Virus record (IMG/VR): IMGVR_UViG_3300022670_000646
Span: 1 to 57,298 of that record
Reading direction: 5' to 3' (one strand)
DNA: 57,298 nucleotides
From: a virus
The translations under genes and the position numbers were made by a program. The notes beneath the pieces are model-generated. The model ran no database searches and was not told the origin of the DNA. It worked only from the letters and a program-made list of their open reading frames with translations. Below, one piece after another: positions 9,061-17,657 of this stretch (position 1 is its first letter; each line of letters starts with the position of its first letter).

Positions 9061-9188
9061 TAGCTGTGTGCGCTTTTTCGTACCTTTTTGAAGCCGCCCG
9101 TGGCTCGGTACATCGCGACTTGTGTTCGCGTGTATTGCCGTCCTGACGACGATTTGTTGCGTTTTTTGCCAGCTTTTTTGTGCGGCAT
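9057..9188 (-). CDS. Tiny, very basic protein (43 aa)
   Basis: MPHKKAGKKRNKSSSGRQYTRTQVAMYRATGGFKKVRKSAHSY. GGAG SD 6 nt before ATG 9188. Below the ORF-track size cut-off. Confidence 0.4.
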   Translation of the reverse strand: MPHKKAGKKRNKSSSGRQYTRTQVAMYRATGGFKKVRKSAHSY

Positions 9189-9197
9189 GTCAATCTC

Positions 9198-9335
9198 CTA
9201 TCCTTTTTGTTTCGCAGCGCGGGCACGTCGGCGCGTGCCCTCACTGCGTTGCGGTGCCACAACCGGCCTTACCTCACGAGCAGGCCTGACGCTGGATACT
9301 ACCTGTCTGCTTGCTTTGCGAAATAAGCTGGCCAT
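9198..9335 (-). CDS. Tiny basic protein (45 aa)
   Basis: MASLFRKASRQVVSSVRPAREVRPVVAPQRSEGTRRRARAAKQKG. ATG 9335 lies 16 nt downstream of palindrome copy 1. No clear SD. Confidence 0.3.
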   Translation of the reverse strand: MASLFRKASRQVVSSVRPAREVRPVVAPQRSEGTRRRARAAKQKG

Positions 9336-9351
9336 AACGATTCCGTATTAG

Positions 9352-9370
9352 GGGGTGACATTGTCACCCC
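9352..9370. promoter_or_regulatory. 19-bp perfect palindrome GGGGTGACA-T-TGTCACCCC, copy 1
   Basis: The same 9-bp arms occur at 19732-19750 and 34133-34151. This copy overlaps the scaffold stop codon (9364-9366). Confidence 0.6.
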
Positions 9371-10284
9371 TGAGCGACTTTGTGGGTTGCCTCGTGCTGG
9401 GTGCGAATCTCATACAGCTCGCGCAAGCGCTTCTGCATGGGCTCGTCCTTGTTGTACTCGCTGCGCTTGTCACGCATGAACTTCTCGATTTTTGCGATCT
9501 CATCGTTGAGCGTTTGCGCCGGATCGCCGGTGGGTGCGGTGAGCTGCGCTACCGGGTTGAGTTTCCTCGAGATTTCCGCAAGACCCGCCACGATGCCTGG
9601 ATTGTTCATGATGCCTCGGCCTTCACCATCGCGGGCGTTCAAAAACGCTTCTTTGCTCTCCGCGTTAAAGGTCGATTCGATCAGGGCGCCGACAAGATTG
9701 GTGTTGGCGCGGTAATCCGAGCCCCAGGTCTCGCGCAGCGTATCCTCATACTCCTGCTTGTGCGCCGCATCGGTCTCGGCAATATTGTCCTGCTGTTCTT
9801 CGGCAAAATTGTTGTACCAGTTGATGACCTCGTGGGCCACTTCGGGCTTGACGTTGTGTTTGTGCAGTGAGCCCATGAAGTCGGCCATGATCTCCTTGTC
9901 ACCCTCACCAACGACCATGCCCTCGGGCATATTGTCAAAATAACCGGACGATTCCAGCGGCACACCGTTTGCCTCACGATAAGCCTTGACGTCGTCATCG
10001 GTGGCATTGTCTGGCAACGGCTTCAGGTAATTGCCGGCCGAAATGGTAGTGCGTTGCTCACGAAATGCGTTACCGACATCAGCCAGCGTGGAATAACGCT
10101 CCAGCGTAGACTTGAACTTGTCGTCATCGCCGGCCAGGCCTTCGCGAAAGTCAAAATTCAAGGCCTCATTGCCCTTGTCGACAGACTCGAAAAAGGCATC
10201 TGCGGATTCAAATTTTCCAAGCTGCTCGGCGCGATCGGTGTTATCGCCAGCCAGCCCGCCGTACCATTGTTCGTCTTCAGCCAT
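9364..10284 (-). CDS. Scaffolding protein
   Basis: 306 aa from ATG 10284 (GGAGAA SD). Acidic and predicted helical, located between portal and capsid. The ORF-track start at 10311 was trimmed. Confidence 0.65.
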   Translation of the reverse strand: MAEDEQWYGGLAGDNTDRAEQLGKFESADAFFESVDKGNEALNFDFREGLAGDDDKFKSTLERYSTLADVGNAFREQRTTISAGNYLKPLPDNATDDDVKAYREANGVPLESSGYFDNMPEGMVVGEGDKEIMADFMGSLHKHNVKPEVAHEVINWYNNFAEEQQDNIAETDAAHKQEYEDTLRETWGSDYRANTNLVGALIESTFNAESKEAFLNARDGEGRGIMNNPGIVAGLAEISRKLNPVAQLTAPTGDPAQTLNDEIAKIEKFMRDKRSEYNKDEPMQKRLRELYEIRTQHEATHKVAQG

Positions 10285-10600
10285 CTTGTTCTCCAGCGGT
10301 GCGTACCGCAATTTTATCAGGATCCGTCCGTGCCTCTGCTGACTTTAGCATCCAAATCAAAGTCGTTCCGGCATGACGCCGGCCTTCTGCGAAATCGCTG
10401 CTGCGGGCACTGCCCGGGCGAAACGAGGTGTCGTGAGTACCAAACGCCCAGATCATCCAGTCCAGCGCTCGCCTTTGCTGAGCAGCGCTCGCCTCTCCTC
10501 GGTACAAGGCGCGGATCGCTTGCACATCCGCCTCATGATAATCCGGTCGCTTCAGCGGGTCTGGATTCGGTACTAACGGATCGTCTGATGGTCTTAACAT
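10277..10600 (-). CDS. Conserved-looking hypothetical protein between portal and scaffold
   Basis: 107 aa with an ATGA overlap on the portal stop at 10600. Confidence 0.55.
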   Translation of the reverse strand: MLRPSDDPLVPNPDPLKRPDYHEADVQAIRALYRGEASAAQQRRALDWMIWAFGTHDTSFRPGSARSSDFAEGRRHAGTTLIWMLKSAEARTDPDKIAVRTAGEQDG

Positions 10601-12222
10601 CAGGCTGCATCGGCCGCGGCCAGGTCCTTGATGCCGGCACCGCCCGTTTTAGCCAACTCTGCCATGGCTTGGGCTTCTTGGGCTTCTTTGAGTTCTGCCA
10701 TGGCGGCCTCCACATCGGCGTCACTATTGAGGCGTTCTTCTTTAAGGCCGATACCTTGCAGCGCATCGCGCAAGGTCATGCCAACGTCCAGATAGGCAAT
10801 GGTTGAGGGATCGAGCTGCATCGCACGTTCAATCAAATCCGCCGATTCTAAGAAAATGGAGGCGTCCTTGCGCTCAATAAGATCGTGCAATGGCGATACA
10901 AATTTGAAGTGGATATTACGTCCCTGCAGTTCGCGCGGGATATCCTGAATCGCTCCAAAGTGGCCAGCGCGCAGCAGCGCATCAAAAGTATCTTCACAAA
11001 GCTGGCCGTTGTACTCGGTCTCCATGGGCTCGAACAAGGGCAGTGCGGCGCGGATGTACTCCTGCACGCGCTGACCGACTTCAAACGCCGTCATTTCGGT
11101 ACCTTTTTCTGGCGCTGGTAAGGTCAGTCTATTGATGTAAAAGGCTTCGGCGAGCATTTGCATTTGCGTGTCGTGCACGTTGTATCCAATCGGCAAGCCC
11201 CTGCGGTCCTGATTGATCGGCCGCAGCACGTCACCCTTGCGCTCATCGTAGTCCTGGTCTGCCCAGGTCACACCGCCAGAATAGAGCTGCAGATCGCCGC
11301 GCACCGCGTCAATAGTGGCAATCATCGGCGGACGCACGCTCATCTCACCGGCTTCGAGCAAGGTGAGACTCATCGCCTGCAGAAGACGCGCATCGGGAAG
11401 ACCGGCAATGGTGGCCGGCGAATAGGCGTATTGGCTTCCCGAAACCGTCTGCCAGCGCGGCAGAGTGATGCCGTGCGAGAACAGGCCCATTTCTTTCATG
11501 ATGTGTTTATTGAGCACATCCAGATACACCAGCATCCACGGATAGCCTTCGCCCTCGCCATTCTGGCCGCGGTAGATATCGGTCGACACCGCCAGCCGCA
11601 TGCACTGGTGCGTTTGCAGCGTCTCGGTGCCGGTTTTATTCGCAATGAGCGTGTGCAGGTCCATGCCCATCTCTTGCAGGACCTTGATGCTCGGCTTCCA
11701 CTTCAGATAAATTTCACCGACAGAGCCATCCGCCATCTCGGCCCAGGCGACATCGCGCAAATGCCAGCAGCGGTACAACAGGTGCGGCGAGCGCGCATTC
11801 CAGTTAGTTTCGCGTGTAATGCAGCACTGCCCGAAGGCGGCGTAATCCGCGTCTCCCTCGGAGGTGGCACGAATAAAATACGCTTTGCGGTCATACATCG
11901 CAGCCCGCTGGCGCTTGGTCGCCCATTGCAGCCATTCGATGCCGCCCTTGGACACTTTGTCCATTTCATCCACCTCAGTCTCGAACCAGTCCGAGCTCCT
12001 CGGTCTGAGCATGGCCGCAAAGGAGGTTGATAAATCTCGGTGTACCAGCAGCGGATAGGATGAATACAAGTGATTGGCGAATTCCTCACCAATGTAGCGC
12101 GTCAGGGTGAAATCCGCGCGCTGCGGATAGAAGTTCTCGGCAATTTCCTGCCACAAGGTGGTGGCCGCTTTGCGCTGGGCAAATAATTGGCCGCCCCGCT
12201 CAATGAGTTCGTCTGGCTTCAT
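10600..12222 (-). CDS. Portal protein
   Basis: 540 aa. The N-terminus (LWQEIAENFYPQRADF...SSYPLLVHRDLS...LRPRSSDWF) is typical of podovirus head-tail connector proteins. Lies downstream of terL. Confidence 0.8.
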   Translation of the reverse strand: MKPDELIERGGQLFAQRKAATTLWQEIAENFYPQRADFTLTRYIGEEFANHLYSSYPLLVHRDLSTSFAAMLRPRSSDWFETEVDEMDKVSKGGIEWLQWATKRQRAAMYDRKAYFIRATSEGDADYAAFGQCCITRETNWNARSPHLLYRCWHLRDVAWAEMADGSVGEIYLKWKPSIKVLQEMGMDLHTLIANKTGTETLQTHQCMRLAVSTDIYRGQNGEGEGYPWMLVYLDVLNKHIMKEMGLFSHGITLPRWQTVSGSQYAYSPATIAGLPDARLLQAMSLTLLEAGEMSVRPPMIATIDAVRGDLQLYSGGVTWADQDYDERKGDVLRPINQDRRGLPIGYNVHDTQMQMLAEAFYINRLTLPAPEKGTEMTAFEVGQRVQEYIRAALPLFEPMETEYNGQLCEDTFDALLRAGHFGAIQDIPRELQGRNIHFKFVSPLHDLIERKDASIFLESADLIERAMQLDPSTIAYLDVGMTLRDALQGIGLKEERLNSDADVEAAMAELKEAQEAQAMAELAKTGGAGIKDLAAADAA

Positions 12223-12461
12223 CCCAGCGTGTCCTGATCGGTGAGCTGGGTGCTGGCGCGTGATCCACGACGTTTAGCCGCTTTGCGCCGCTCGTTACGG
12301 CGTACCTCCTCCTCATCGGGAATGAGTGCATTGGCGTACACAGAATCCAGTGCCGCTTGCTTTTTGTCCGCTTTTTCCTTGCGCCGCTCAGCATTGGTCT
12401 TGAAGCCACGACCAAGATGAATATTCACGAGTCGCTTACGGGTATTTGTAAGGCCTGACAT
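12219..12461 (-). CDS. Small basic protein (hypothetical)
   Basis: 80 aa, coupled TAATG to terL and ATGA to portal. Confidence 0.55.
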   Translation of the reverse strand: MSGLTNTRKRLVNIHLGRGFKTNAERRKEKADKKQAALDSVYANALIPDEEEVRRNERRKAAKRRGSRASTQLTDQDTLG

Positions 12462-14095
12462 TATTGTCTCCTCCTTGGTCCCAAATTGACCTGTGGCATG
12501 CGCTTACCCATCGATCGCGGAATCTTACCAACACGCTGGTCCGGGCGCCATTCATTCAAGTGCGTGATTGCCTTCGGCCCCGCCGACCAACTCATGACGA
12601 CAGCATCACCTTTATCCGTTGATCGCCCAAGTGCGGCAACCACGTCTTTTTTCGGCGTCACCTTAATACCATTGGGGGTGACCTCCCAACGCAAGGCCGT
12701 CAGATCGGATACCAGCTCGGGATCGTCTGGTAAAGCGATCGGCGAGCCGCCGTCCTGTCCAGGGTCCAGTGCTTCACGAAAGCCCCAGCAAATTTGCGCG
12801 CGCTTGTTGACGAATTTGAGCTGTTTTTCAGCCGTTCTGCGCACCGATTTATCCATGCCCAGATGCGCGCGTACTTCAATACCGTTTTCTTTCAAGTGCG
12901 CATAAGCCTGTGCACCATTGGTCTCACCGCAATCGAGAATGATCACCGAGTCATTCCTGCGGTGCTTCATGACCAAAGCTGCAACATCCGAGCCGTGCGG
13001 CGTTTCTAACCCAGGCACTGCGATCAGAACAGCAAACCAGCCGTCGTGACGCGGCGCTAATACCGTTTTGTCCTTTCTGCGCGCGGCGTCCACGCCGATG
13101 GCACATTGCGGCACACCATAAGGAGGGTCGGCTTTCCATCTGGCTTGAGCACGCCGGATCCACTCGGTCGGAATAAGCTGGTCGGCTTCGTCCACTCGAG
13201 CCACCATGAAATTGCCATCGCGAATGGCCGAGCGAAATGGCTCCGGCATCGCATCAAGCACTGCGTCATAGCCGGTATCGGCCAAAAACGGGTTATCGCC
13301 CAGATGTGCCGGGATGAAGGTGCGGCTCATCGGTTTCAGGAACCGCGGCGTGCCATCATCGTTCATTTTGCCGCTGGGAATCTCCACATCAGGACCGTCT
13401 ACCCAATGATCCTTGGAATTACCCGCCTCATCGACAAAGGTCACACACCAGCGCAGCTCGCCGTGTTTGGCCGGGCGTGGATAGCGATCATCCAACCACG
13501 GCGCGAACATCGGGATGATCCAGTCACCCCCTGAGTCTGTGGGCGGATTAGAGCCTAAAATAACTCTTTTGCGCTGATCCGGGTCGGTTGAGCGCACCCA
13601 ACCCATGAGAAAGCGAATTTGCATCTCCAGGCACTGCACCACTTCGTCAATGGCCAGTAAATCGTGTGGATTGCCCTGCCAGTGCTTCTCATCGCCGAGT
13701 TTTGCCAACCCGCCAAAATCAATGGTCTTGCCATTCACCGTTTTCAGGCGCGGCGGCGGCGAGCCGTTATAGCCCTTGTCGGTGCCGTTTATTGCGATGG
13801 CACGATCGGTTAATGGGGTCAAATCGACGTAATGCTTGCGAATAATGAGCGAGCGGGTGTGATATTCAAAGGCCATACCGAGAATCAGGTCGGTTTTACC
13901 ACCCCCGCCCTCACCGCCGTAGAGCAACACGTCCGCCAGGCAGTTCACCGCGTCGAGCTGCGGGCCCACGGTCGGAAACCACATGCGATTTTTGGACTGG
14001 TCATCGATGAAGGCATCGAGCTCGGCGCGCTTGTCAGGACTCAGCGCGCCGTATTTTTCCATCAGGTCATCGATTAACGCGGATTCACGGCTCAC
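12461..14095 (-). CDS. terL: Terminase large subunit
   Basis: 544 aa. Walker A-like LLYGGEGGGGKTD and Walker B-like LLAIDEV, followed by a C-terminal nuclease-sized domain. GTG start at 14095; ATG at codon 12 is an alternative. Confidence 0.85.
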   Translation of the reverse strand: MSRESALIDDLMEKYGALSPDKRAELDAFIDDQSKNRMWFPTVGPQLDAVNCLADVLLYGGEGGGGKTDLILGMAFEYHTRSLIIRKHYVDLTPLTDRAIAINGTDKGYNGSPPPRLKTVNGKTIDFGGLAKLGDEKHWQGNPHDLLAIDEVVQCLEMQIRFLMGWVRSTDPDQRKRVILGSNPPTDSGGDWIIPMFAPWLDDRYPRPAKHGELRWCVTFVDEAGNSKDHWVDGPDVEIPSGKMNDDGTPRFLKPMSRTFIPAHLGDNPFLADTGYDAVLDAMPEPFRSAIRDGNFMVARVDEADQLIPTEWIRRAQARWKADPPYGVPQCAIGVDAARRKDKTVLAPRHDGWFAVLIAVPGLETPHGSDVAALVMKHRRNDSVIILDCGETNGAQAYAHLKENGIEVRAHLGMDKSVRRTAEKQLKFVNKRAQICWGFREALDPGQDGGSPIALPDDPELVSDLTALRWEVTPNGIKVTPKKDVVAALGRSTDKGDAVVMSWSAGPKAITHLNEWRPDQRVGKIPRSMGKRMPQVNLGPRRRQ

Positions 14096-14181
14096 AAATT
14101 ATCTCGTTTGACCAATCACAAAAAGGCGACTCAGATACCCACCAGGATACACCCGAGCCGCCCAAGACGTGCCAGAAGCCG

Positions 14182-14715
14182 TTAAACAGTCAGTGCCGTC
14201 AGGTTAACGCGTTCGAAATACACGTCGAAAATGACTGGAGAACCGAGCGTGATGTCGGCAACCAGCAATTCGTAATCGATCGCCGTGTTGGCCTGCGCGG
14301 TAAAGTCAAAGCCCAACGCCACCGGCAAGTGCCGGGAAATACGCATCTCATCCACCGTGGAATCCAAAAAGCCGGTGGTCTCAAGCGAATTCACCACCTG
14401 GATGGCGCCACCAGAATAAACGAAGATCATGTCCTCGCCGGCTGCAATTCCACCAAAGGCCGTACCGGCTGCCTTGGATACATCAATGCGACTGACAATC
14501 AGGGCAAAGCCAGCCCCGGGTGCTGCCACCAGTTCAACAGGGGCTGAGAAACCCGCCAGAACCTGCGCGGCTGTTAAGGAAATTCGGGTGCGGTACTGCG
14601 GGATAATGGTCGCATTGACCATCTCCAGATTGGCATCGTTGAACACCACTTCAGTGTTTTTCGACAAGCCGAAACGCTTGCCATGAATACTCGTTTGAAT
14701 GGTTGGACCGGGCAT
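14182..14715 (-). CDS. Hypothetical protein
   Basis: 177 aa with an AGGAGAA SD before ATG 14715. Confidence 0.65.
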   Translation of the reverse strand: MPGPTIQTSIHGKRFGLSKNTEVVFNDANLEMVNATIIPQYRTRISLTAAQVLAGFSAPVELVAAPGAGFALIVSRIDVSKAAGTAFGGIAAGEDMIFVYSGGAIQVVNSLETTGFLDSTVDEMRISRHLPVALGFDFTAQANTAIDYELLVADITLGSPVIFDVYFERVNLTALTV

Positions 14716-14761
14716 GATCTTCTCCTATTGCTTGCTATCTATTATGAGGAACATGCCGATA

Positions 14762-15034
14762 CTACGCCCTAATGCGCCGCGCTGCCTCTCCATCAACCTC
14801 GCGATGAATCTGAAACCCACGAATGTCGATGTCAAAATACTGCGGAATCTCGAAAATCTTGCCGCGACCCATCATCACCATGGGCTTGCCGTCGTCCAGC
14901 CACGCCAACGAACCCTCCGGCACAAAAAATCGCTTCGAAGGAATCGAGATCACCTTTTCACCAGGCATCCACAGACCAGACGCCGTGAGCACACCACCGG
15001 CCATGATAGCCGCCATGAATTCCCTGCGATTCAC
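14762..15034 (-). CDS. Small protein with a twin-arginine (Tat)-type signal peptide
   Basis: 90 aa. The N-terminus (M)NRREFMAAIMAGGVLTASGLW matches the S/T-R-R-x-F-L-K consensus plus an h-region. GTG start with GTGA overlap at 15034. Confidence 0.5.
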   Translation of the reverse strand: MNRREFMAAIMAGGVLTASGLWMPGEKVISIPSKRFFVPEGSLAWLDDGKPMVMMGRGKIFEIPQYFDIDIRGFQIHREVDGEAARRIRA

Positions 15035-15378
15035 GGCCGCAACACACTCGGCGGATCGTAAAAACCCTTCCGTATTGTGATTTGTCGCATACCAATCGCC
15101 TCATTACGTCGATAAATGATCTCGTCCTTGCTCATCACCTCATCGCGACTGATGATCTGCTCGCAAATGTCATCGCAAAATCGGTCTCGCTTCCGACCTG
15201 GGTAATCCGAAAAAAGCTCACTAAACAAAATGCGTGAAACTACCACCTGACGCCCCACCCACGCCGCGGCCCTTAAATAATCACCGAACGCTCCAACAGC
15301 CACCTTGTCGAAATGAAAGCCACGTAACTCGGCCGTCATATATATCTCATTGCGAACCTGACACTGCATCGCGTTCAT
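15031..15378 (-). CDS. Hypothetical protein
   Basis: Start trimmed to ATG 15378, which makes an ATGA overlap with the upstream stop. Confidence 0.5.
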   Translation of the reverse strand: MNAMQCQVRNEIYMTAELRGFHFDKVAVGAFGDYLRAAAWVGRQVVVSRILFSELFSDYPGRKRDRFCDDICEQIISRDEVMSKDEIIYRRNEAIGMRQITIRKGFYDPPSVLRP

Positions 15379-15740
15379 AAATTGTAAATCCACAGTCTCG
15401 CAATCTCGCACAGGGCGACAAAGACAGCATCCTTATCCTGCTCACGCCGGCCGAGCTGGTCGTAGGGCATAAGATCGGGGTGGACTTTATTGGCTCGATC
15501 GTATTGCTCGCCATACCTCCAGCCCATCTTTCGATACGCAATCATCCAACTGCCGTGCAGCCCCTCTGGCGAACCAGATCGATGCGGGCCACACTCGGTC
15601 TCGATCACCTCAAGAAACTGATCCTTGAATTCCGACTCGCGCTCGTTCCACGAATCAGGAATAATGGGTGCGTTCGCCGCTATTGCGGCAATCCTCGCGC
15701 CCTCATAGATAAACTCAGCTCTGCGTTCAGTTAGTGTCAT
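15375..15740 (-). CDS. RyR-domain-like protein
   Basis: 121 aa from ATG 15740 (ATGA overlap). HGSWMIAYRKMGWRYGEQYDRANKVHPDLMPYDQLGRREQDKD resembles the ryanodine-receptor Ryr repeat seen in phages. Confidence 0.55.
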   Translation of the reverse strand: MTLTERRAEFIYEGARIAAIAANAPIIPDSWNERESEFKDQFLEVIETECGPHRSGSPEGLHGSWMIAYRKMGWRYGEQYDRANKVHPDLMPYDQLGRREQDKDAVFVALCEIARLWIYNL

Positions 15741-15919
15741 TTTTCCTCCTCCTCGGGCAACGCTTCCCATTGCCCTTTCGTGAGCCACGTTCGAGCATTA
15801 CATTCCGAACAAGTGACGCGAACTCGTACCCCGTGCCACATTCGTCGATTTTTGCGAAAGGCTAGGCTGCCATCTGGATTTTCATCGGCTACCCAAATAT
15901 GCGCGCATTCTTCAGTCAC
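15737..15919 (-). CDS. Small Cys-containing protein (hypothetical)
   Basis: 60 aa with a GGAGG SD before GTG 15919. Confidence 0.5.
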   Translation of the reverse strand: MTEECAHIWVADENPDGSLAFRKNRRMWHGVRVRVTCSECNARTWLTKGQWEALPEEEEK

Positions 15920-15922
15920 TTG

Positions 15923-16105
15923 TCAGACCTCCGCTACCGGCCGCATAAGCTCATAGCGCTCAGGATCATCCCACGCCAACCACATCAGCCAAGCCTCCTG
16001 ACGACGATAATCCCGCTCAGCACGGGTCATAAACATCGCGTCCGTTTTCTGCCCCTCCCGCGGCGCCCATAATCCGAGCAACTTCGCCTCGACCAGATCA
16101 ATCAC
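15923..16105 (-). CDS. Hypothetical small protein
   Basis: 60 aa, GTG start preceded by AAGGA. Confidence 0.45.
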   Translation of the reverse strand: MIDLVEAKLLGLWAPREGQKTDAMFMTRAERDYRRQEAWLMWLAWDDPERYELMRPVAEV

Positions 16106-16114
16106 TTGCCATCC

Positions 16115-16198
16115 TTAGATCAGCCGCTCGATAATCCAAATAGATGGGCCTACCGATAACCCGACCAAGAAAAATATGTGCTTTCGTTCAATTTTCAC
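16115..16198 (-). CDS. Possible 27-aa membrane peptide
   Basis: (V)KIERKHIFFLVGLSVGPSIWIIERLI. GAGGAG lies 7 nt upstream of GTG 16198. Fills an otherwise empty gap. Confidence 0.3.
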   Translation of the reverse strand: MKIERKHIFFLVGLSVGPSIWIIERLI

Positions 16199-16202
16199 TT
16201 TT

Positions 16203-16484
16203 CTACTCCTCAATTACCTCACGAACTTTGATGTGAACGGCCTCATCAAACCACGGTTCTTCACCATGCTCTACAACGCGCGCTGGACTGCCATCGGTAT
16301 TCAACTCAAGAATAAACTCCCGCGGCTCGGGCTTGATGCGATACTCAAAATCGCACCAGTTAAAACACAGCGGTCGAATGCCAGAATCGTCTCGCCACCG
16401 GCCTGGCCCGGCACGGCCGCGAATCTGAATCGTCTTGTGGCCATAGGCGAGCATGACCTCGACTTGATACTTGATATCAGCCAT
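16203..16484 (-). CDS. Hypothetical protein
   Basis: Start trimmed to ATG 16484 (ATGA overlap). Confidence 0.5.
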   Translation of the reverse strand: MADIKYQVEVMLAYGHKTIQIRGRAGPGRWRDDSGIRPLCFNWCDFEYRIKPEPREFILELNTDGSPARVVEHGEEPWFDEAVHIKVREVIEE

Positions 16485-16717
16485 CAGCCTTCCACCACGT
16501 AAACCTTCACCCAATGCACCGGCGAAAATCGAACCTGGTCATTGTCTATCATCAGCATCGCCGCGCCGGGGCGATTCAGATTCGTGCCAACCTCCTCAGA
16601 AACCTTCCAAACCGATAACGAGCCGCCCCGATCAGTGTCATACGTCCAGCGAAAACCCTCACCATCGGTGAACACCGTGTTCTGACTACCGGCAATTTCA
16701 ACAACCACGCGCCTCAT
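16484..16717 (-). CDS. Hypothetical protein
   Basis: Start trimmed to ATG 16717 (ATGA overlap). Confidence 0.5.
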   Translation of the reverse strand: MRRVVVEIAGSQNTVFTDGEGFRWTYDTDRGGSLSVWKVSEEVGTNLNRPGAAMLMIDNDQVRFSPVHWVKVYVVEG

Positions 16718-17025
16718 ACCGGCTCCTCGATCCGCACAGGCCACCATTCACCACCCGAACTGTAGCGAGTCGCAAACATAGGATGCAGCGAATCCCCAGG
16801 CTTTTGCCGCCACCAATACCAGCCTAGCTCGGTCGGCGCATCGCCACTCCATTCAGCATCGTTGATGCCAGTAGTGAGCCGCTCAATCTCGGCCAAAGCC
16901 CCAGGCAGCTCACCACAGCAACTCGACGGGTCACAACATAGACAGCCACACTCATCCATGCCAACCTGCTTGCGCACCGCTGCTACGTCGTAATCACTCA
17001 CACCGAACCGCCGATCGCCACACAC
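16714..17025 (-). CDS. Cys-rich hypothetical protein; start uncertain
   Basis: 103-aa ORF. Alternative starts are GTG 17001 and ATG 16959. Confidence 0.45.
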   Translation of the reverse strand: MCGDRRFGVSDYDVAAVRKQVGMDECGCLCCDPSSCCGELPGALAEIERLTTGINDAEWSGDAPTELGWYWWRQKPGDSLHPMFATRYSSGGEWWPVRIEEPV

Positions 17026-17206
17026 CAGGCGCGTAATGATTCTCAGCCACTATCACCGGCATCGGACCACCCTCAACCGGACACTGCAAAATATTCAAAT
17101 CCCCAGCATCGCCAACCCACATATCCCAGGTACACGTATCCGTATCCATGAAATTCTTCTCATACGCGGGCGGACCAAAAAACGTCACCACAATCTTGCC
17201 AACCAT
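16994..17206 (-). CDS. Hypothetical protein
   Basis: 70 aa, TAATG coupling at 17206. Confidence 0.5.
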   Translation of the reverse strand: MVGKIVVTFFGPPAYEKNFMDTDTCTWDMWVGDAGDLNILQCPVEGGPMPVIVAENHYAPGVWRSAVRCE

Positions 17207-17499
17207 TAACCTTTCTCCTTGGCCCGCTTCCTAGCCATGTAGTCCTTCATGTACTTTTTGCGCGCCTCGAGCTCCAAAACCCTGGCCTCCAAACTCTCCA
17301 AACGAGCCATAATCTCCTCAATCTGCTGCCAGTCAGGAACCGGATTCTCAACAATAAGCCGACCTTCCTTAGTCAATTTTTTTTTCGGACTGACAGGCTT
17401 CTTACTAGACTTGCGGGCTGGCTCGGCAGACTTCGTGCCGCCCTTGCAGACGTGGCGCCATTCACGCTTGCCGCAAATTTTGCATTCCGTAGGCTCCAT
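17206..17499 (-). CDS. Hypothetical protein with an N-terminal Cys cluster and a C-terminal coiled coil
   Basis: 97 aa. ATG 17499 has no SD and sits 6 nt after a TAAACT -10-like box. Confidence 0.55.
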   Translation of the reverse strand: MEPTECKICGKREWRHVCKGGTKSAEPARKSSKKPVSPKKKLTKEGRLIVENPVPDWQQIEEIMARLESLEARVLELEARKKYMKDYMARKRAKEKG

Positions 17500-17503
17500 G
17501 AAG

Positions 17504-17564
17504 TAAGTTTACACTGTGAGCGTAAGTTTACAAGGGTAGGTTTACACGTACGGAATTTTTTTAC
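17504..17564. repeat. Cluster of direct repeats TA(A/G)GTTTACA, three copies plus one partial
   Basis: TAAGTTTACA at 17504-17513 and 17523-17532, TAGGTTTACA at 17537-17546, TTTTACA at 17558-17564. Located in the 158-bp gap downstream of terS. Confidence 0.6.
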
Positions 17565-17657
17565 ACAGAGAATGGCGTTGCCACACCTACACACTGATTG
17601 ATTTCTATATAGCCCCCCACCCCTTCGCCAGTCAAAAAGCTAGGAGTCCCATCTGTG

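Noticed and set aside
9044-9262. 72-aa TTG-start ORF in the scaffold-capsid spacer
   Set aside because: It has no SD and spans the stop of one micro-ORF and the SD/start of the other. The 43-aa frame with GGAG-6nt-ATG is the more plausible coding frame.
9352-9370. The palindromes as rho-independent terminators
   Set aside because: No copy is followed by a T/U tract on either strand, and the full arms leave only a 1-nt centre.
11158-12030. 290-aa plus-strand ORF
   Set aside because: Shadow ORF antisense to the portal gene, Arg/His-rich, with no RBS. The same reasoning applies to 3027-3803, 10054-10806, 23455-24144, 38299-38931, 45533-46174 and 52554-53192.
13512-13530. Degenerate palindrome GGGATGATCCAGTCACCCC in terL
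   Set aside because: It has one arm mismatch and is intragenic, so it may be chance. It is mentioned in the findings but not counted as a family member.
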